Part shown: piece by piece, positions 28,899 through 41,014 of the stretch
Position numbering within the stretch: position 1 is the stretch's first letter
Layout of the letters: every line of letters begins with the position of its first letter
Origin: Verrucomicrobiota bacterium
GTDB taxonomy: Bacteria > Verrucomicrobiota > Kiritimatiellia > CAJWTS01
Direction of reading: 5' to 3'
Assembly: GCA_027623315.1 (NCBI GenBank)
Contig: JAQBYD010000014.1
Coordinates: 375 to 64,374, forward strand
Length of the DNA stretch: 64,000 bases
Translations under genes and position numbers: made by a program
The notes under the pieces: model-generated
Told to the model about the DNA's origin: nothing
Seen by the model: the letters and a program-made list of their open reading frames with translations, nothing else
The model's database searches: none

Positions 28899-28932
28899 CC
28901 GCTCTGTCACTTACTCTTCCACTTACTCCGAC
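28899..28932 (+). promoter_or_regulatory. Three direct repeats of CACTTACTC(C) at exact 12-bp phasing in the mfd / hypothetical-gene divergent intergenic region
   Basis: Repeat starts at 28899, 28911, 28923; the same 9-mer array recurs at 62664..62697. Confidence 0.4.
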
Positions 28933-29024
28933 ACTTACTCCTGCCCTTCAATCGCATCAATAGCCGCCCGGCCACAGGATCGGGTCGTTACTCGACGTCG
29001 TTCTCGTCAACGATCTCGCGATAG

Positions 29025-29474
29025 TTGAATATCGCTGTCGTTCTCGATAAAGTTCTCGAGGTCATTTGTCGAAGACAAGCCCGTGAGGAAATGATGGAGC
29101 AACCGGTTCCAGATGTAACAGATTCAGATGTGACTCGCGTCGTGCGGCGCGATTTTCAGTCGGATCAGGTCGTCGCGGTCATGGCACTCCTGCGTGAGTA
29201 CGAGACCGCGCAGTGGGAGGGCGGGCATCCTCGCGTCCTGCTCGCGACGCTGAAACTGGCGGAAGGCGATCTGGATTCTCTTCGTCGCCAGATCGACGTG
29301 GCGAAAACTGACTATCGTGATGTCCTCGCATGCGCCGAGTACCCGCAGTACATGAGAAGCGTTCCTCCAGGTGCTGACGGGTCCGGTCAAGAGGTGCAGG
29401 GCGTGATCCAACGGGACTGGACTCAATATCAGAACTGGTTGACAGAAACATATCCTAAAATCCGGGAGCAATGA
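29025..29474 (+). CDS. Hypothetical protein
   Basis: 149-aa ORF with TTG start; internal ATG-ATG at ~29088 may be the true start; no recognisable domain. Confidence 0.35.
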   Translation: MNIAVVLDKVLEVICRRQAREEMMEQPVPDVTDSDVTRVVRRDFQSDQVVAVMALLREYETAQWEGGHPRVLLATLKLAEGDLDSLRRQIDVAKTDYRDVLACAEYPQYMRSVPPGADGSGQEVQGVIQRDWTQYQNWLTETYPKIREQ

Positions 29475-29495
29475 GTACCGAACGGTGCCGAACTT

Positions 29496-30254
29496 ATGAA
29501 AATCATCACTGGCAATCTGAAGGGTGGACGAACCGCGCCGGCTCCAAGCATTGAGTGCTGGATCCCGGAGCAGGAGCACAACGGAATCGGCCTGGTCATT
29601 TTTCCGGGCGGCGCGTATGGCGGCCTTGCGGAGCACGAGGGGAAGGGATATGCGGAGCACTTTTCCAAGGCCGGCATCGCTTGTTTCGTGGTCTCCTATC
29701 GGCTGGGCTCCGCCGGGTTCCGACATCCGGCGATGCTGGAAGATGCACTCGCGGCGATCTACGCCATACGGTCCAGCGCCGGGGAGCACGGGGTGGACCC
29801 GCATCGTTTGGGTGTCATGGGGTCGTCGGCCGGCGGACATCTCGCTGCGCATACGCTCGTCGCATGGAATCAGGTCGAGAGCGACGTCTCGTTGCGCCCG
29901 GATTTCGGTGTCTTGTGTTATCCGGTTATAACCTCGCAGGGCGCCTATGCACACGAGGGTTCCATGCTCAACCTCGCCGGCGAGGCCGCCTCAGTTTCGT
30001 TGCTGGACGAGCTTTCATGCGAGAAGCATGTCTGCGCAGATACGCCGCCCTGCTTCATCTGGCACACCGCGGAAGACGCGGGCGTCCCCGCCGAGAACAG
30101 CATGTTGTTCGCTTCAGCCCTGAGGGAGCATGCGGTGTCCTTCGAACTCCATGTCTATGCGAAGGGCAGGCACGGCATCGGTCTTACCGCGCCGTTTGCG
30201 TGGGAAACCGATTGTCTGCGCTGGATCCAGGAGGCTGCGCCGCCGCCGCGTTGA
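29496..30254 (+). CDS. Alpha/beta hydrolase (esterase/lipase-type)
   Basis: VIFPGGAYGG oxyanion-hole region and GSSAGGHLA nucleophile elbow (GxSxG). Confidence 0.75.
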   Translation: MKIITGNLKGGRTAPAPSIECWIPEQEHNGIGLVIFPGGAYGGLAEHEGKGYAEHFSKAGIACFVVSYRLGSAGFRHPAMLEDALAAIYAIRSSAGEHGVDPHRLGVMGSSAGGHLAAHTLVAWNQVESDVSLRPDFGVLCYPVITSQGAYAHEGSMLNLAGEAASVSLLDELSCEKHVCADTPPCFIWHTAEDAGVPAENSMLFASALREHAVSFELHVYAKGRHGIGLTAPFAWETDCLRWIQEAAPPPR

Positions 30255-30395
30255 CCGGCCTCGGTTACGTGCGAATGCGACTCTCATCGGAGCGGGTCGG
30301 ATCCGCGTTGCAATCCTCTCTGGGGAATCCTATATTGCCGCCGCCCCAAGTTCGCCCTCGCGGCGAACCACGGAGCGGACCCGCAACCCTTTCGG

Positions 30396-30472
30396 GGGCG
30401 ATTAGCTCAGTTGGCTAGAGCGCCTGCTTCACACGCAGGAGGTCACAGGTTCAAGTCCTGTATCGCCCACCA
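30396..30472 (+). tRNA. tRNA-Val (anticodon CAC)
   Basis: Cloverleaf by hand: acceptor GGGCGAT/ATCGCCC, D-arm GCTC-AGTTGGCTA-GAGC, anticodon arm CCTGC-TTCACAC-GCAGG, T-arm ACAGG-TTCAAGT-CCTGT, discriminator A, encoded CCA. Confidence 0.9.
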
Positions 30473-30513
30473 GCCTACGCTCGCGCGCGACGGAGTTGCG
30501 CGCGAGCGTAGGC
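30473..30513 (+). terminator. GC-rich hairpin immediately 3' of tRNA-Val
   Basis: gcctacgctcgcgcgc-gacggagtt-gcgcgcgagcgtaggc, 16-bp perfect stem. Confidence 0.5.
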
Positions 30514-30733
30514 TGCCCACCGTAGCTTTAGCGTAGGAGGGCCCGACGGATCAACACCATTAAAACGGCGATAAATCCCGCATGCGGCATCTCCCCGACG
30601 GCATGCGACATCATGCGACGATGAAATTCGATCGCACACACATCAACACACACGCCCGACTCCTGCCTGATTATGACCGGATGACTTTTCTGACCTTACG
30701 GGGGCGAAAATCAATGCTGGGGTTCAGTTCTGC

Positions 30734-31570
30734 CTACGCAGTGAAAAAGGGTTGCCACTGGGTGCCGTGTTTGGGCGCGTCAAAGCTGGACGGCGCATGT
30801 AGGTGCTTCTCGATGACCACGACATAGGGATAGAAATGTATTGAATGACATGACGACTGAAAGGGCGTTGTTTCACGTCCGAGTACGTCTCGACTCGATG
30901 TCTTGTTTAACTCAGCAATCAGTCCGTTGGCGTATGCAACGAATTCGTGATGGATGCCGTGAACGTCCTCGCAGAGATAGACACCACCGGGGCGAAGTTG
31001 AGGCAGCATCTTCTCCAACGTCACCATTTGCTGATTCGGCATATGACCGCCATCATCGATCAGGATATCAATGCCCTGTACCTCACTGTTGAATCGTGTC
31101 CAAAATCCTGGGTCGCCCTGATCTCCGATGAATACCGTCACGTTTTCACTTTCATACGCCATACATGCTTCCTCAATATCAACGCCGTATATGTGGCATC
31201 TGTCCCCGAAATAGGAAGACCACATGTTCAGACTCCCGCCACTGTAGATGCCAATCTCAAGAAGGTTTACAGGCGACCCTACGAACCTGGACAAGTGGCG
31301 GTGGTAGATGTCGAAATAGTGCTCCCATTTCCAAATTCCATGTCCTTCCGTGAGACCCGTGAAATAGTTCCAAAGAGGATTTTCTGGTGACGGTGTATTG
31401 GAAGACGGGGACTCCGATGGCTTAGCGGCAGCGCATTCTTTCCAGTTGCGAGCGAACGCGTAACCCCGTGCATAGCGCAACGGCAGGAGAAACCATCTCA
31501 ATCGGTCTCGCAGCCTGATCGCTCTGGCGAAAACCCTACGCGGCATCATTCGTTTCAGGAGAGCTTTCAT
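30734..31570 (-). CDS. Class I SAM-dependent O-methyltransferase, CmcI/TylF (cephalosporin hydroxylase-like) family
   Basis: WKWEHYFDIYHRHL, LLEIGIYSGGSLNMW, IYGVDI, LIDDGGH motifs characteristic of the CmcI/macrocin-OMT-type sugar O-methyltransferases. Confidence 0.75.
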   Translation of the reverse strand: MKALLKRMMPRRVFARAIRLRDRLRWFLLPLRYARGYAFARNWKECAAAKPSESPSSNTPSPENPLWNYFTGLTEGHGIWKWEHYFDIYHRHLSRFVGSPVNLLEIGIYSGGSLNMWSSYFGDRCHIYGVDIEEACMAYESENVTVFIGDQGDPGFWTRFNSEVQGIDILIDDGGHMPNQQMVTLEKMLPQLRPGGVYLCEDVHGIHHEFVAYANGLIAELNKTSSRDVLGRETTPFQSSCHSIHFYPYVVVIEKHLHAPSSFDAPKHGTQWQPFFTA

Positions 31571-31822
31571 AGGATCATCTTTTCAGTCTGATACTTTCGT
31601 CCAACGAATACACGTCCTTACACTCAGGATTCACTTCCCCGGGTGCATCATGCGCGTCCACCATTCAGAGCGGAGTCTACGCCCCCGCCTCGCCCACGCA
31701 ACGCCAATGATGGCCCCTTGGTAGCGATTTCGGTCTGGGTTGGGTGCGGTGAGCTTTGCGGTGTCACTTCGCACAATGACAGTCACCCCTTACGCGCCGA
31801 ATAACCAGCGACGCGGGTAGAC

Positions 31823-32764
31823 TCAGGCGTCAGCAGACTCAGCAGGCGCAGGCTCCGGCTCCGGCTCGCGACGGCGCAGGAGGATGCTTTCGCGAAGCGC
31901 TCCGCTGATATAGGCAACTTGAGCCATCACGATGAGCGCTGCGTTGCGCCACGACCTGCCGCGTAGCCAGCCGTCCGTGCGGAACGGGCAGGTCACGAGG
32001 CGAAGGTAGAAGGTCACGGGTTCCGGCGTGCGGCCGTTTCCCCGCTCACTGCGCCGCGCTGCGCGGATTCGGTGGTAGTGTGGTGCGCCGCGGCCGTAGA
32101 CATGATGCTGGCGCCAGAACCCTCGAAAGGTTGTGTCGCGCGCATGGGCAACGCGCGCATCCTGCACAAACTCGTGCGGTAAGCCGGCGTCGTTCCAGTG
32201 ATCGCACAGTTCCCGGTCTTCGCTGCCGACGCTTTTCAGCAGCGGGCTGAAGCCTCCCAGGACCTGGAAGAGGTCACGCGGCGCGGCCATATTGTTCCCT
32301 GTGAACAAGGGCGCGCTGTGATCGGTGCTGTTGAAGTACTCGTAGAGGAAACTGGTGAGCACCTGGCTGGCCTCCGCATACGGATTTGCGGGCAGACTGT
32401 TGAAGGTCGTGCCGCCAAGAAGCGCCGTAGGGGATCGTTCGAACTGCCTCGCGAACGCCGACAACCAGCCGGGCTGCGGGACGCAATCGTCGTCGGTGAA
32501 GGCCAACCATTGACCGTGGGCGACAAGGGCTCCGGCATTACGCGCGGGGCCAGGCCCCTGCTGCGCCTGGCGCTCGAAGCGGATGCGCAGGCCACGCGTC
32601 GCGTCGTGCACGAGCGGTTCAAGGGGATCCGGCGATCCATCGTCAACGACCACGACCTCGTAACGCTCGCGCGGGTAGTCCTGGCCGTCGAGGGCCTCCA
32701 GGCAGCGCCGAAGCGATTCGGGTCGCCGATGGGCAGGCACGATGATCGAGAAGTCGAGACTCAT
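31823..32764 (-). CDS. Glycosyltransferase family 2
   Basis: FSIIVPAHRRPESLRRCLEAL, VVVDDGSPD, FTDDDCVP (DxD). Confidence 0.8.
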   Translation of the reverse strand: MSLDFSIIVPAHRRPESLRRCLEALDGQDYPRERYEVVVVDDGSPDPLEPLVHDATRGLRIRFERQAQQGPGPARNAGALVAHGQWLAFTDDDCVPQPGWLSAFARQFERSPTALLGGTTFNSLPANPYAEASQVLTSFLYEYFNSTDHSAPLFTGNNMAAPRDLFQVLGGFSPLLKSVGSEDRELCDHWNDAGLPHEFVQDARVAHARDTTFRGFWRQHHVYGRGAPHYHRIRAARRSERGNGRTPEPVTFYLRLVTCPFRTDGWLRGRSWRNAALIVMAQVAYISGALRESILLRRREPEPEPAPAESADA

Positions 32765-33735
32765 GCCGGCTGTGATGGAACCTGAATCCGTTCGGACGCG
32801 TGAAGGAATCTGCCGCGATGGAACTCAAGGTCGAGGCACCGTCGCAGTGAACCGGCCTCGCCCGAGACGTATCCCAGCCCCTCGCCGGCGCCCGAGACGA
32901 CCAGGTTTAGAAACATTGCCGGCAGGGCTCCAAGGGCTCGTGCGTGGCCAAGCGTAGCCGTCATGATAGGCCAGATTCGGCGTATCCGGGCCAGGGGAAT
33001 CAGGGGCCACAGGACGGCTAGCTTGACGCGCTCGGTTGGAGTCAACCGTGCGCAACGGTAGGCGGCGAAGACACGCGAGAACGCCCAGGAGAATTGCAGG
33101 GTCGGCCAGAAGCGTGAGCAGTTCCAGTGGAATGCGTGGACGTCAGGATCGGCGTAGAGGCGCGAGCCCTTTTCCACCATGTCCCAATGCAGGATCGTCT
33201 CCACTTCGAGCCACCAGGCCAGGTCAGGTTCGTAGGCCATGAGATCCTCGCGGCGATACGAGCTGTTGTGACCGGGAAGTTGACGCTGACTTCCCTTGGG
33301 GCCGAGTGGGCTGCTCGAGCCGTAGTCCATGATGAACTGCACGCAGCTCGAGATGGTGTTGGGGTTGGCATTGGTCACGGTGGGACCGACGCCGGCCCAT
33401 TCGCCTTCAGCGTACCGTCGGAGGATCTTCTCGGCCCAGTCCGGAGCGGGGTAGCAGTGATCCTCCGTTAGGGCGATGATGGGTGCCGTGGCGCCCCGGA
33501 CGCCCGCGGCGGTCACCTCGCCGAGACTCGACACGCTGGGAGCGCTGACCCGTTCGACGGAATGGAAGCCCGCCAGCACGTCGTCAGGAACGGCGAGCGC
33601 CTCGAGTGTTGGGCCGACGAGCACCAGTTGGATCTGCGCCCTGATCGTCTGGGTCTGCAATGCCGCCAGCGTGTTACCCATCGTGTGCCACGTATCCGGT
33701 GTGATCACGATGGCGGAAATCGCGGGCTCATTCAT
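32761..33735 (-). CDS. Glycosyltransferase-like protein (GT-A fold, GT2-related)
   Basis: ISAIVITPDTWHTMGNTLAALQTQT N-terminal Rossmann-like beginning, TEDHCYP acidic motif; 4-nt overlap with the GT2 gene. Confidence 0.45.
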   Translation of the reverse strand: MNEPAISAIVITPDTWHTMGNTLAALQTQTIRAQIQLVLVGPTLEALAVPDDVLAGFHSVERVSAPSVSSLGEVTAAGVRGATAPIIALTEDHCYPAPDWAEKILRRYAEGEWAGVGPTVTNANPNTISSCVQFIMDYGSSSPLGPKGSQRQLPGHNSSYRREDLMAYEPDLAWWLEVETILHWDMVEKGSRLYADPDVHAFHWNCSRFWPTLQFSWAFSRVFAAYRCARLTPTERVKLAVLWPLIPLARIRRIWPIMTATLGHARALGALPAMFLNLVVSGAGEGLGYVSGEAGSLRRCLDLEFHRGRFLHASERIQVPSQPA

Positions 33736-33850
33736 TCGAGAGAGCCTCCGTTGCGCGCGCTGCTATCGCCGGTGTCACGTACATGCATAGACGTCAACAT
33801 CTCCATCACACGACGTCAATTTCTAACGTGTTGTTCGTTGGAGCGAAGCG

Positions 33851-34603
33851 TCACGTCAACCCGCCGTCGACGTGCAGCACCTGCCCGGTGATGTATGCGG
33901 CGCGGTCGGAGAGCAGGAACGTGACGGCGCGCGCTACGTCCTCGGGCTGTCCAAGTCGCTGCATGGGAATCTGAAGATTGTCGCGCATCGCGTCGCTCAG
34001 CACGGCCGTCATGGCGCTCTCGATCAAACCGGGCGAGACCGCGTTGACCCGGATTCCGAAACGCGCACTTTCGAACGCGAGGCTCCTGGTGATGCTGACC
34101 ATTGCGGCCTTGGATGCGGCGTAGTCGGCGCCCATCCACTTGCCCGGGCCGTGTGCCGAGATGGATGCGATGTTCACGATCGCACCCGATTTCTGTTTGC
34201 GCATGGCCGAATAGGCTTCGCGCATGGCGCACAGGGCGGACTCGATATTCAAGGATTGCGTCGCGCGCCAGGTCTCGAGATGCATGCCTCGGAAGGCGGC
34301 CGCTTTTCCCGCGCCGGCGTTATTCACCAGGCCGTCTATGCGCGCGCACCGTTCGAGGACGCTTTGCACCAGGGCGGCACCGGCGCTCGGTTCCTGCAGA
34401 TCAGCGGCGAGAGGGATCGTGCGTGCCGGGTTGTCGGAGAGTTGGGCGGCGACGTCGCGGACAACGGACTCATCGCGTCCGTGCAGGGCTACGATGGCGC
34501 CGTGATCGAGAAGATCGGCGGCAATGGCACGTCCGATTCCACGGGTGGAACCGGTGACGAGAATGACTTGGTCCTGGAGGAGAGTGGACAAACGAAGCGT
34601 CAC
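33851..34603 (-). CDS. SDR family oxidoreductase
   Basis: VTGSTRGIGRAIA cofactor motif, NNAG, catalytic YAASKAA. Confidence 0.8.
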   Translation of the reverse strand: MTLRLSTLLQDQVILVTGSTRGIGRAIAADLLDHGAIVALHGRDESVVRDVAAQLSDNPARTIPLAADLQEPSAGAALVQSVLERCARIDGLVNNAGAGKAAAFRGMHLETWRATQSLNIESALCAMREAYSAMRKQKSGAIVNIASISAHGPGKWMGADYAASKAAMVSITRSLAFESARFGIRVNAVSPGLIESAMTAVLSDAMRDNLQIPMQRLGQPEDVARAVTFLLSDRAAYITGQVLHVDGGLT

Positions 34604-35691
34604 GTCTGCAGGATACCGCTGCTCTCGTCCAGGAAGATGCCCTGCAGATTCATGCGCAGGGCTTCGGGGTTTGAGGACGCGGCCATGCCGTCGGCTTCGG
34701 TGATCTTGCCTGCCGTAATCAGATCGTAACAGGACTGGTTGAAGGACTGCATTCCGTCCTCTTTGCCCTTTTCGACGGCCTGGGCCAGGATGTCGAGCTG
34801 GTTTCGTACGAGGAGCTTGCGGACGGTTGGCGAGTTGATCAGAATCTCCACGGCGGGAACGACGCCGCCCTGGATGGAAGGCACGAGGCGTTGGCAGACG
34901 ACCGCACGAAGGTTCTCCGACATTGCGAGTCGTGTCTTGTCGCGCTCGTGCGAAGGGAACACGTCCAGAATACGCGGAATCGCCTGGCTGGCCGTGTTGG
35001 CGTGGACCGACGAGAAGATCAAGTGACCGGTTTCGGAGGCGAGCATCGCAATCATGATACTGACCTCATCACGCATCTCGCCGATCATGATGACATCCGG
35101 ATCCTGGCGTAGCAGGTAGCGCAGCGAACGCTCGTAAGACACGGTATCGAGGCCGACCTCGCGTTGGGTGATCGTGGCACGCTCGTCTTGGAACAGGTAC
35201 TCGATGGGGTCCTCTACCGTGATGATTCTTCGGTCCTGGGTCCTATTGATCTCGTTGACCAGCGCGGCCAGGGTCGTGGATTTTCCGCTTCCGGTCGTGC
35301 CGGCGAGCAGGACGATACCGCGCTTTATCTTGGAAAGTTCAGCAATCTGCGGGGGGAGATTCAACTCCTCGCACGTTGCGATGTTCGTTTTGACGTGTCG
35401 CATCGCGAGCGCCGGAATCTGCTGAGCCTTGAAGACGTTGACTCTAAAACGCCCGACCCCTTCCTCCTCGTGCGAGAAGTCCGCCTCGTGAAATGACGCG
35501 TATGGTTCGGTCAGGTGGGGAGGCATGATGTCGTCGACGATCTCCGTGAGGTCTTCGGCGGAGAGCGCGTCGAACCGGCTGGCAACCAATGCGCCACTGA
35601 TTCGCAAGATGGGTCCCTTGCCGAACTTAAGATGCACGTCTGAGGCGCCGGACTCGACAGCGCTTGCGAGCAGGTCATGGATGATGGACAT
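34600..35691 (-). CDS. pilT: Type IV pilus retraction ATPase PilT/PilU
   Basis: 363 aa; Walker A GTTGSGKSTT, ITVEDPIEY, His box; size matches PilT rather than PilB. Confidence 0.85.
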   Translation of the reverse strand: MSIIHDLLASAVESGASDVHLKFGKGPILRISGALVASRFDALSAEDLTEIVDDIMPPHLTEPYASFHEADFSHEEEGVGRFRVNVFKAQQIPALAMRHVKTNIATCEELNLPPQIAELSKIKRGIVLLAGTTGSGKSTTLAALVNEINRTQDRRIITVEDPIEYLFQDERATITQREVGLDTVSYERSLRYLLRQDPDVIMIGEMRDEVSIMIAMLASETGHLIFSSVHANTASQAIPRILDVFPSHERDKTRLAMSENLRAVVCQRLVPSIQGGVVPAVEILINSPTVRKLLVRNQLDILAQAVEKGKEDGMQSFNQSCYDLITAGKITEADGMAASSNPEALRMNLQGIFLDESSGILQT

Positions 35692-35772
35692 ACGATGCGT
35701 TTCCTTTTGCGTTCGATGCTATGCGGGCTCCTCTAAACACCAGTCTGATGCGGCCGGAATCGCCTGTCAACG

Positions 35773-36867
35773 TCACATCATCCGCGAACTCATGCTGACA
35801 CCAACCGCGCAGAAGACGATATTGGGCAGCCATGCGCTGGACCAACTCGGAATAACGCTTTGAATTCCCATGTACATTCCAATTTGGAGCAACGCGTAGT
35901 ATCCAAAGAGTGCTGATAGAGCAAGTATGATGCCAAGCATGGCCCCGGAGCGGCCGGTGCGCGCACCGGCCGGAATCGCGAACAGCAGCACGACGAGGCA
36001 CGTCCATGGCGACGCGAGACGTTGGTGAAACTGAACTCTGTAGCGTGCGAGTTCCCGGTCTGTGAGATAGGGACGTGTTGCGATGTAGCGGTGGAGTTCC
36101 GTGGTAGTCAGCAGGTCGACGGGTCGTATGTCGCCGTTCACCAGGTCGTCCGGCTGGGTTCGGATGTCCCGCCGTTCGACCGGGATCTCCGCATGCTCGC
36201 TGCGCGACACAACCTGGTCGTCGTCGTCGGTGATTTCCGATACGTAACCGAAGAACCACCAGGCGCCGTCCATCCATTCCGCCCGCGTCGCGGCGATCTC
36301 CTCGCGGAGACCTTGTTGATCGGTGTTGCGCGTGACGATGACGCTGTGCGCGATGTGCGGCTTGGTGGCGTCGAGCCGCTCGATCCACCAGATCGAGCGG
36401 GTCTGGCCGTCCATATAGGCGATCTTCTCGTGGATCGTAGCGATCGCGTCCGGATCCGATCGAGTCTTGAAGAAGGTGGTCGTATAATTCAGAGCTCGCG
36501 GCACCACGGTTTCCTTGAGCACCGCGATCAGGATCACAAAACCCAGACCGACGGTCAGGAAGGGGGTCATGAGCCGCCAGCGGCTGACGCCGGAGGCCCG
36601 CATCGCCGTGAGCTCATTGTGCCGCGTGAGCTTGGCGAGCGTGTAAAGTGCCGAGAGTAGGAGTGCCGCCGGCGTGATTAATTCGAGCACCGGAACGAGT
36701 AGAAACCCGTAGTAGGTCAGGATTTCGACCGGCTGAACATGGTGCTCGAGGAACTTCTTGAGGTTGCTGAAAAGGTCGATAATGACGAATAGCATGCAGA
36801 ATGTGAGCAGGTTGTAGGTGAGTGGAGTCAAATACTCACGGTAGAGATGGCGGTCGATAATCTTCAT
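35773..36867 (-). CDS. LptF/LptG (YjgP/YjgQ) family LPS export permease
   Basis: 364 aa, N-terminal TM bundle, large periplasmic beta-jellyroll region, C-terminal TMs; MKIIDRHLYREY N-terminus typical of the family. Confidence 0.75.
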   Translation of the reverse strand: MKIIDRHLYREYLTPLTYNLLTFCMLFVIIDLFSNLKKFLEHHVQPVEILTYYGFLLVPVLELITPAALLLSALYTLAKLTRHNELTAMRASGVSRWRLMTPFLTVGLGFVILIAVLKETVVPRALNYTTTFFKTRSDPDAIATIHEKIAYMDGQTRSIWWIERLDATKPHIAHSVIVTRNTDQQGLREEIAATRAEWMDGAWWFFGYVSEITDDDDQVVSRSEHAEIPVERRDIRTQPDDLVNGDIRPVDLLTTTELHRYIATRPYLTDRELARYRVQFHQRLASPWTCLVVLLFAIPAGARTGRSGAMLGIILALSALFGYYALLQIGMYMGIQSVIPSWSSAWLPNIVFCAVGVSMSSRMM

Positions 36868-37001
36868 CTTGGTTGGCGTGATAACAGGCCCCAGGCAGGG
36901 CAGATCCTGGCCATGACATTGTCAGTTGACGCACGCGAGGCCTGTTTTGTAGTTTATGCGGCTTCACGTCAAGCGGTAGAAACACTCCCAGGAGGATTTG
37001 A

Positions 37002-38009
<1,008 letters not shown>

Positions 38010-38065
38010 GGATCGGCTGCCCGACATCCCAAAGTTACCGCATCACCGCCGGCCAGGTCGCCGGC

Positions 38066-39375
<1,310 letters not shown>

Positions 39376-39376
<1 letters not shown>

Positions 39377-40146
39377 TGGCAAAATATAGAAAAAAGATTG
39401 TCGCGGGCAACTGGAAGATGAATCTCTCCATCGCCGAGGCGACCGAGTTGGCATCGAGCGTTGCACGTGGGCTTGCGGAGGTGCGCGAGGTGGACGTTGT
39501 ATTGTGTCCGCCCTTCACCGCGCTGGGCGCGGTTGGCGATGCGATCTCCGGCGGCAGCATCAAGTTGGGCGCACAGAACATGTATTGGGAGAAAGATGGA
39601 GCGTTCACCGGCGAGATTTCCGCGGCGATGCTGCGCGGGCTGTTTTGTCGATACGTGATCCTTGGCCATAGCGAACGCCGTACGCATTTCGGCGACACCG
39701 ATGAGGTCGTGAATCGAAAGGTCCGGACCGCGCTGGAGAGTAGTCTGGAGCCCATTGTCTGCGTCGGTGAAAGCCTCGAGCAGCGTGAGGCAGGCGAGAC
39801 CAACGAGGTGTTGGAGGCGCAGCTGCGGGCTAGTCTGGCGGATCTCGGTGCGGATTACGGCAAGGTTATTGTGGCGTATGAGCCGGTTTGGGCGATTGGG
39901 AGCGGTCTGACGGCCGCCCCCGCCCAGGCCCAGGATGCTCACGCCTGGATTCGGAGTGTGGTGGGCGAGATCGCCGGTTCCGAGGTTGCCGATAGCCTCC
40001 GGATTCAGTACGGTGGCAGTGTGAAGGCGGATAACGCGCGTGAGTTGATGTCGCAGGCTGACGTCGATGGCGCGCTTGTCGGAGGCGCATCACTCGAGTC
40101 ACGTTCATTCGTGGAGATTGTTCGGGCCGGTGTCCCGAACGACTAG
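39376..40146 (+). CDS. tpiA: Triosephosphate isomerase
   Basis: VAGNWKMN, ILGHSERR, YEPVWAIGSG, GGSV motifs. Confidence 0.9.
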
Positions 40147-40179
40147 GACAAGGACCAACCCAGAGCGGGAAAAAGCACA

Positions 40180-40722
40180 ATGGCTGACGTATTACGCTAC
40201 TTATTGATATTCGTTGAGGTGTTCAGCAGTTTTCTGCTGATCGGAGCGATTCTGATCCAGAAGAGCAAGGGGCAGGGGCTCGGCATGGGATTCGGCCAGG
40301 CGATGGGTGAGACATTCCTCGGCGCCCAGGCGGGCAATGTCTTGACCAAGTCAACCGTCACTCTGGCGATCGTCTTCTTCGTGAATACGATGCTGTTGGC
40401 GTATCTCTATTCTGACCAGATCGGCGGCGGATCGATCATGGAGGACTACTCGACGCTGCAGCCGGTTCCCGTACCGCAAACGCTCCCCGATCCCCAGTTC
40501 GCGACCCCGCCCGAGGGCGATCTGCTGACGGCACCCCCCGGGAGTACGCCGGACTTCGCACCCATCGCGCCGCCGCAGACGGAGATCCTGCCCATCGCCC
40601 CGCCGCAGGCAGACGTTGAAGCGGTCGAGCCCCCGGCGACCGTCGAGACCGTGGAGCCGATTCAAGTGGCCCCCGTCCCGGACGAGGACGCTGCCGCGCC
40701 GGCCCCCAACGCAGGCGAGTGA
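40180..40722 (+). CDS. secG: Preprotein translocase subunit SecG with long Pro-rich C-terminal extension
   Basis: LLIGAILIQKSKGQGLGMGFG SecG signature, two TMs, then ~100-aa P/A/E-rich tail; position after tpiA is conserved synteny. Confidence 0.75.
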   Translation: MADVLRYLLIFVEVFSSFLLIGAILIQKSKGQGLGMGFGQAMGETFLGAQAGNVLTKSTVTLAIVFFVNTMLLAYLYSDQIGGGSIMEDYSTLQPVPVPQTLPDPQFATPPEGDLLTAPPGSTPDFAPIAPPQTEILPIAPPQADVEAVEPPATVETVEPIQVAPVPDEDAAAPAPNAGE

Positions 40723-41014
40723 TCGGAGTCCTTTGGAGTGCGGCGGCCTGACGCCGCTTTTCTTGCGGCTGGCTTGCCAGACGCGGGCACTGCCCACGTT
40801 TATTGATGATACCGATGTCTTGCTAGGTCGCCGACGAGTCGGCGACAAGAAAAGCGGCGTCAGGCCGCCGCACTCCAAAGGCGTTTCTCCGGCTTCGTGA
40901 CTGGAGGATGCTCAGTCCGAAGCAGGAGAAATGCAGAAAGCATCATCTTTTGTGAAGGGACGCCGCATCCAGCGTCGGCACGTTTCCACGTGATGAATCC
41001 GGTCCCACAGATCG

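Noticed and set aside
28899-28932. Possible CRISPR array from the short phased repeats
   Set aside because: Repeats are only 9-10 bp with 2-3 bp 'spacers', there are three copies, and no cas genes; this fits transcription-factor sites, not CRISPR.
30396-33735. tRNA-associated genomic island or prophage
   Set aside because: No integrase, recombinase, phage genes or direct repeat of the tRNA 3' end were visible; kept only as a low-interest note.
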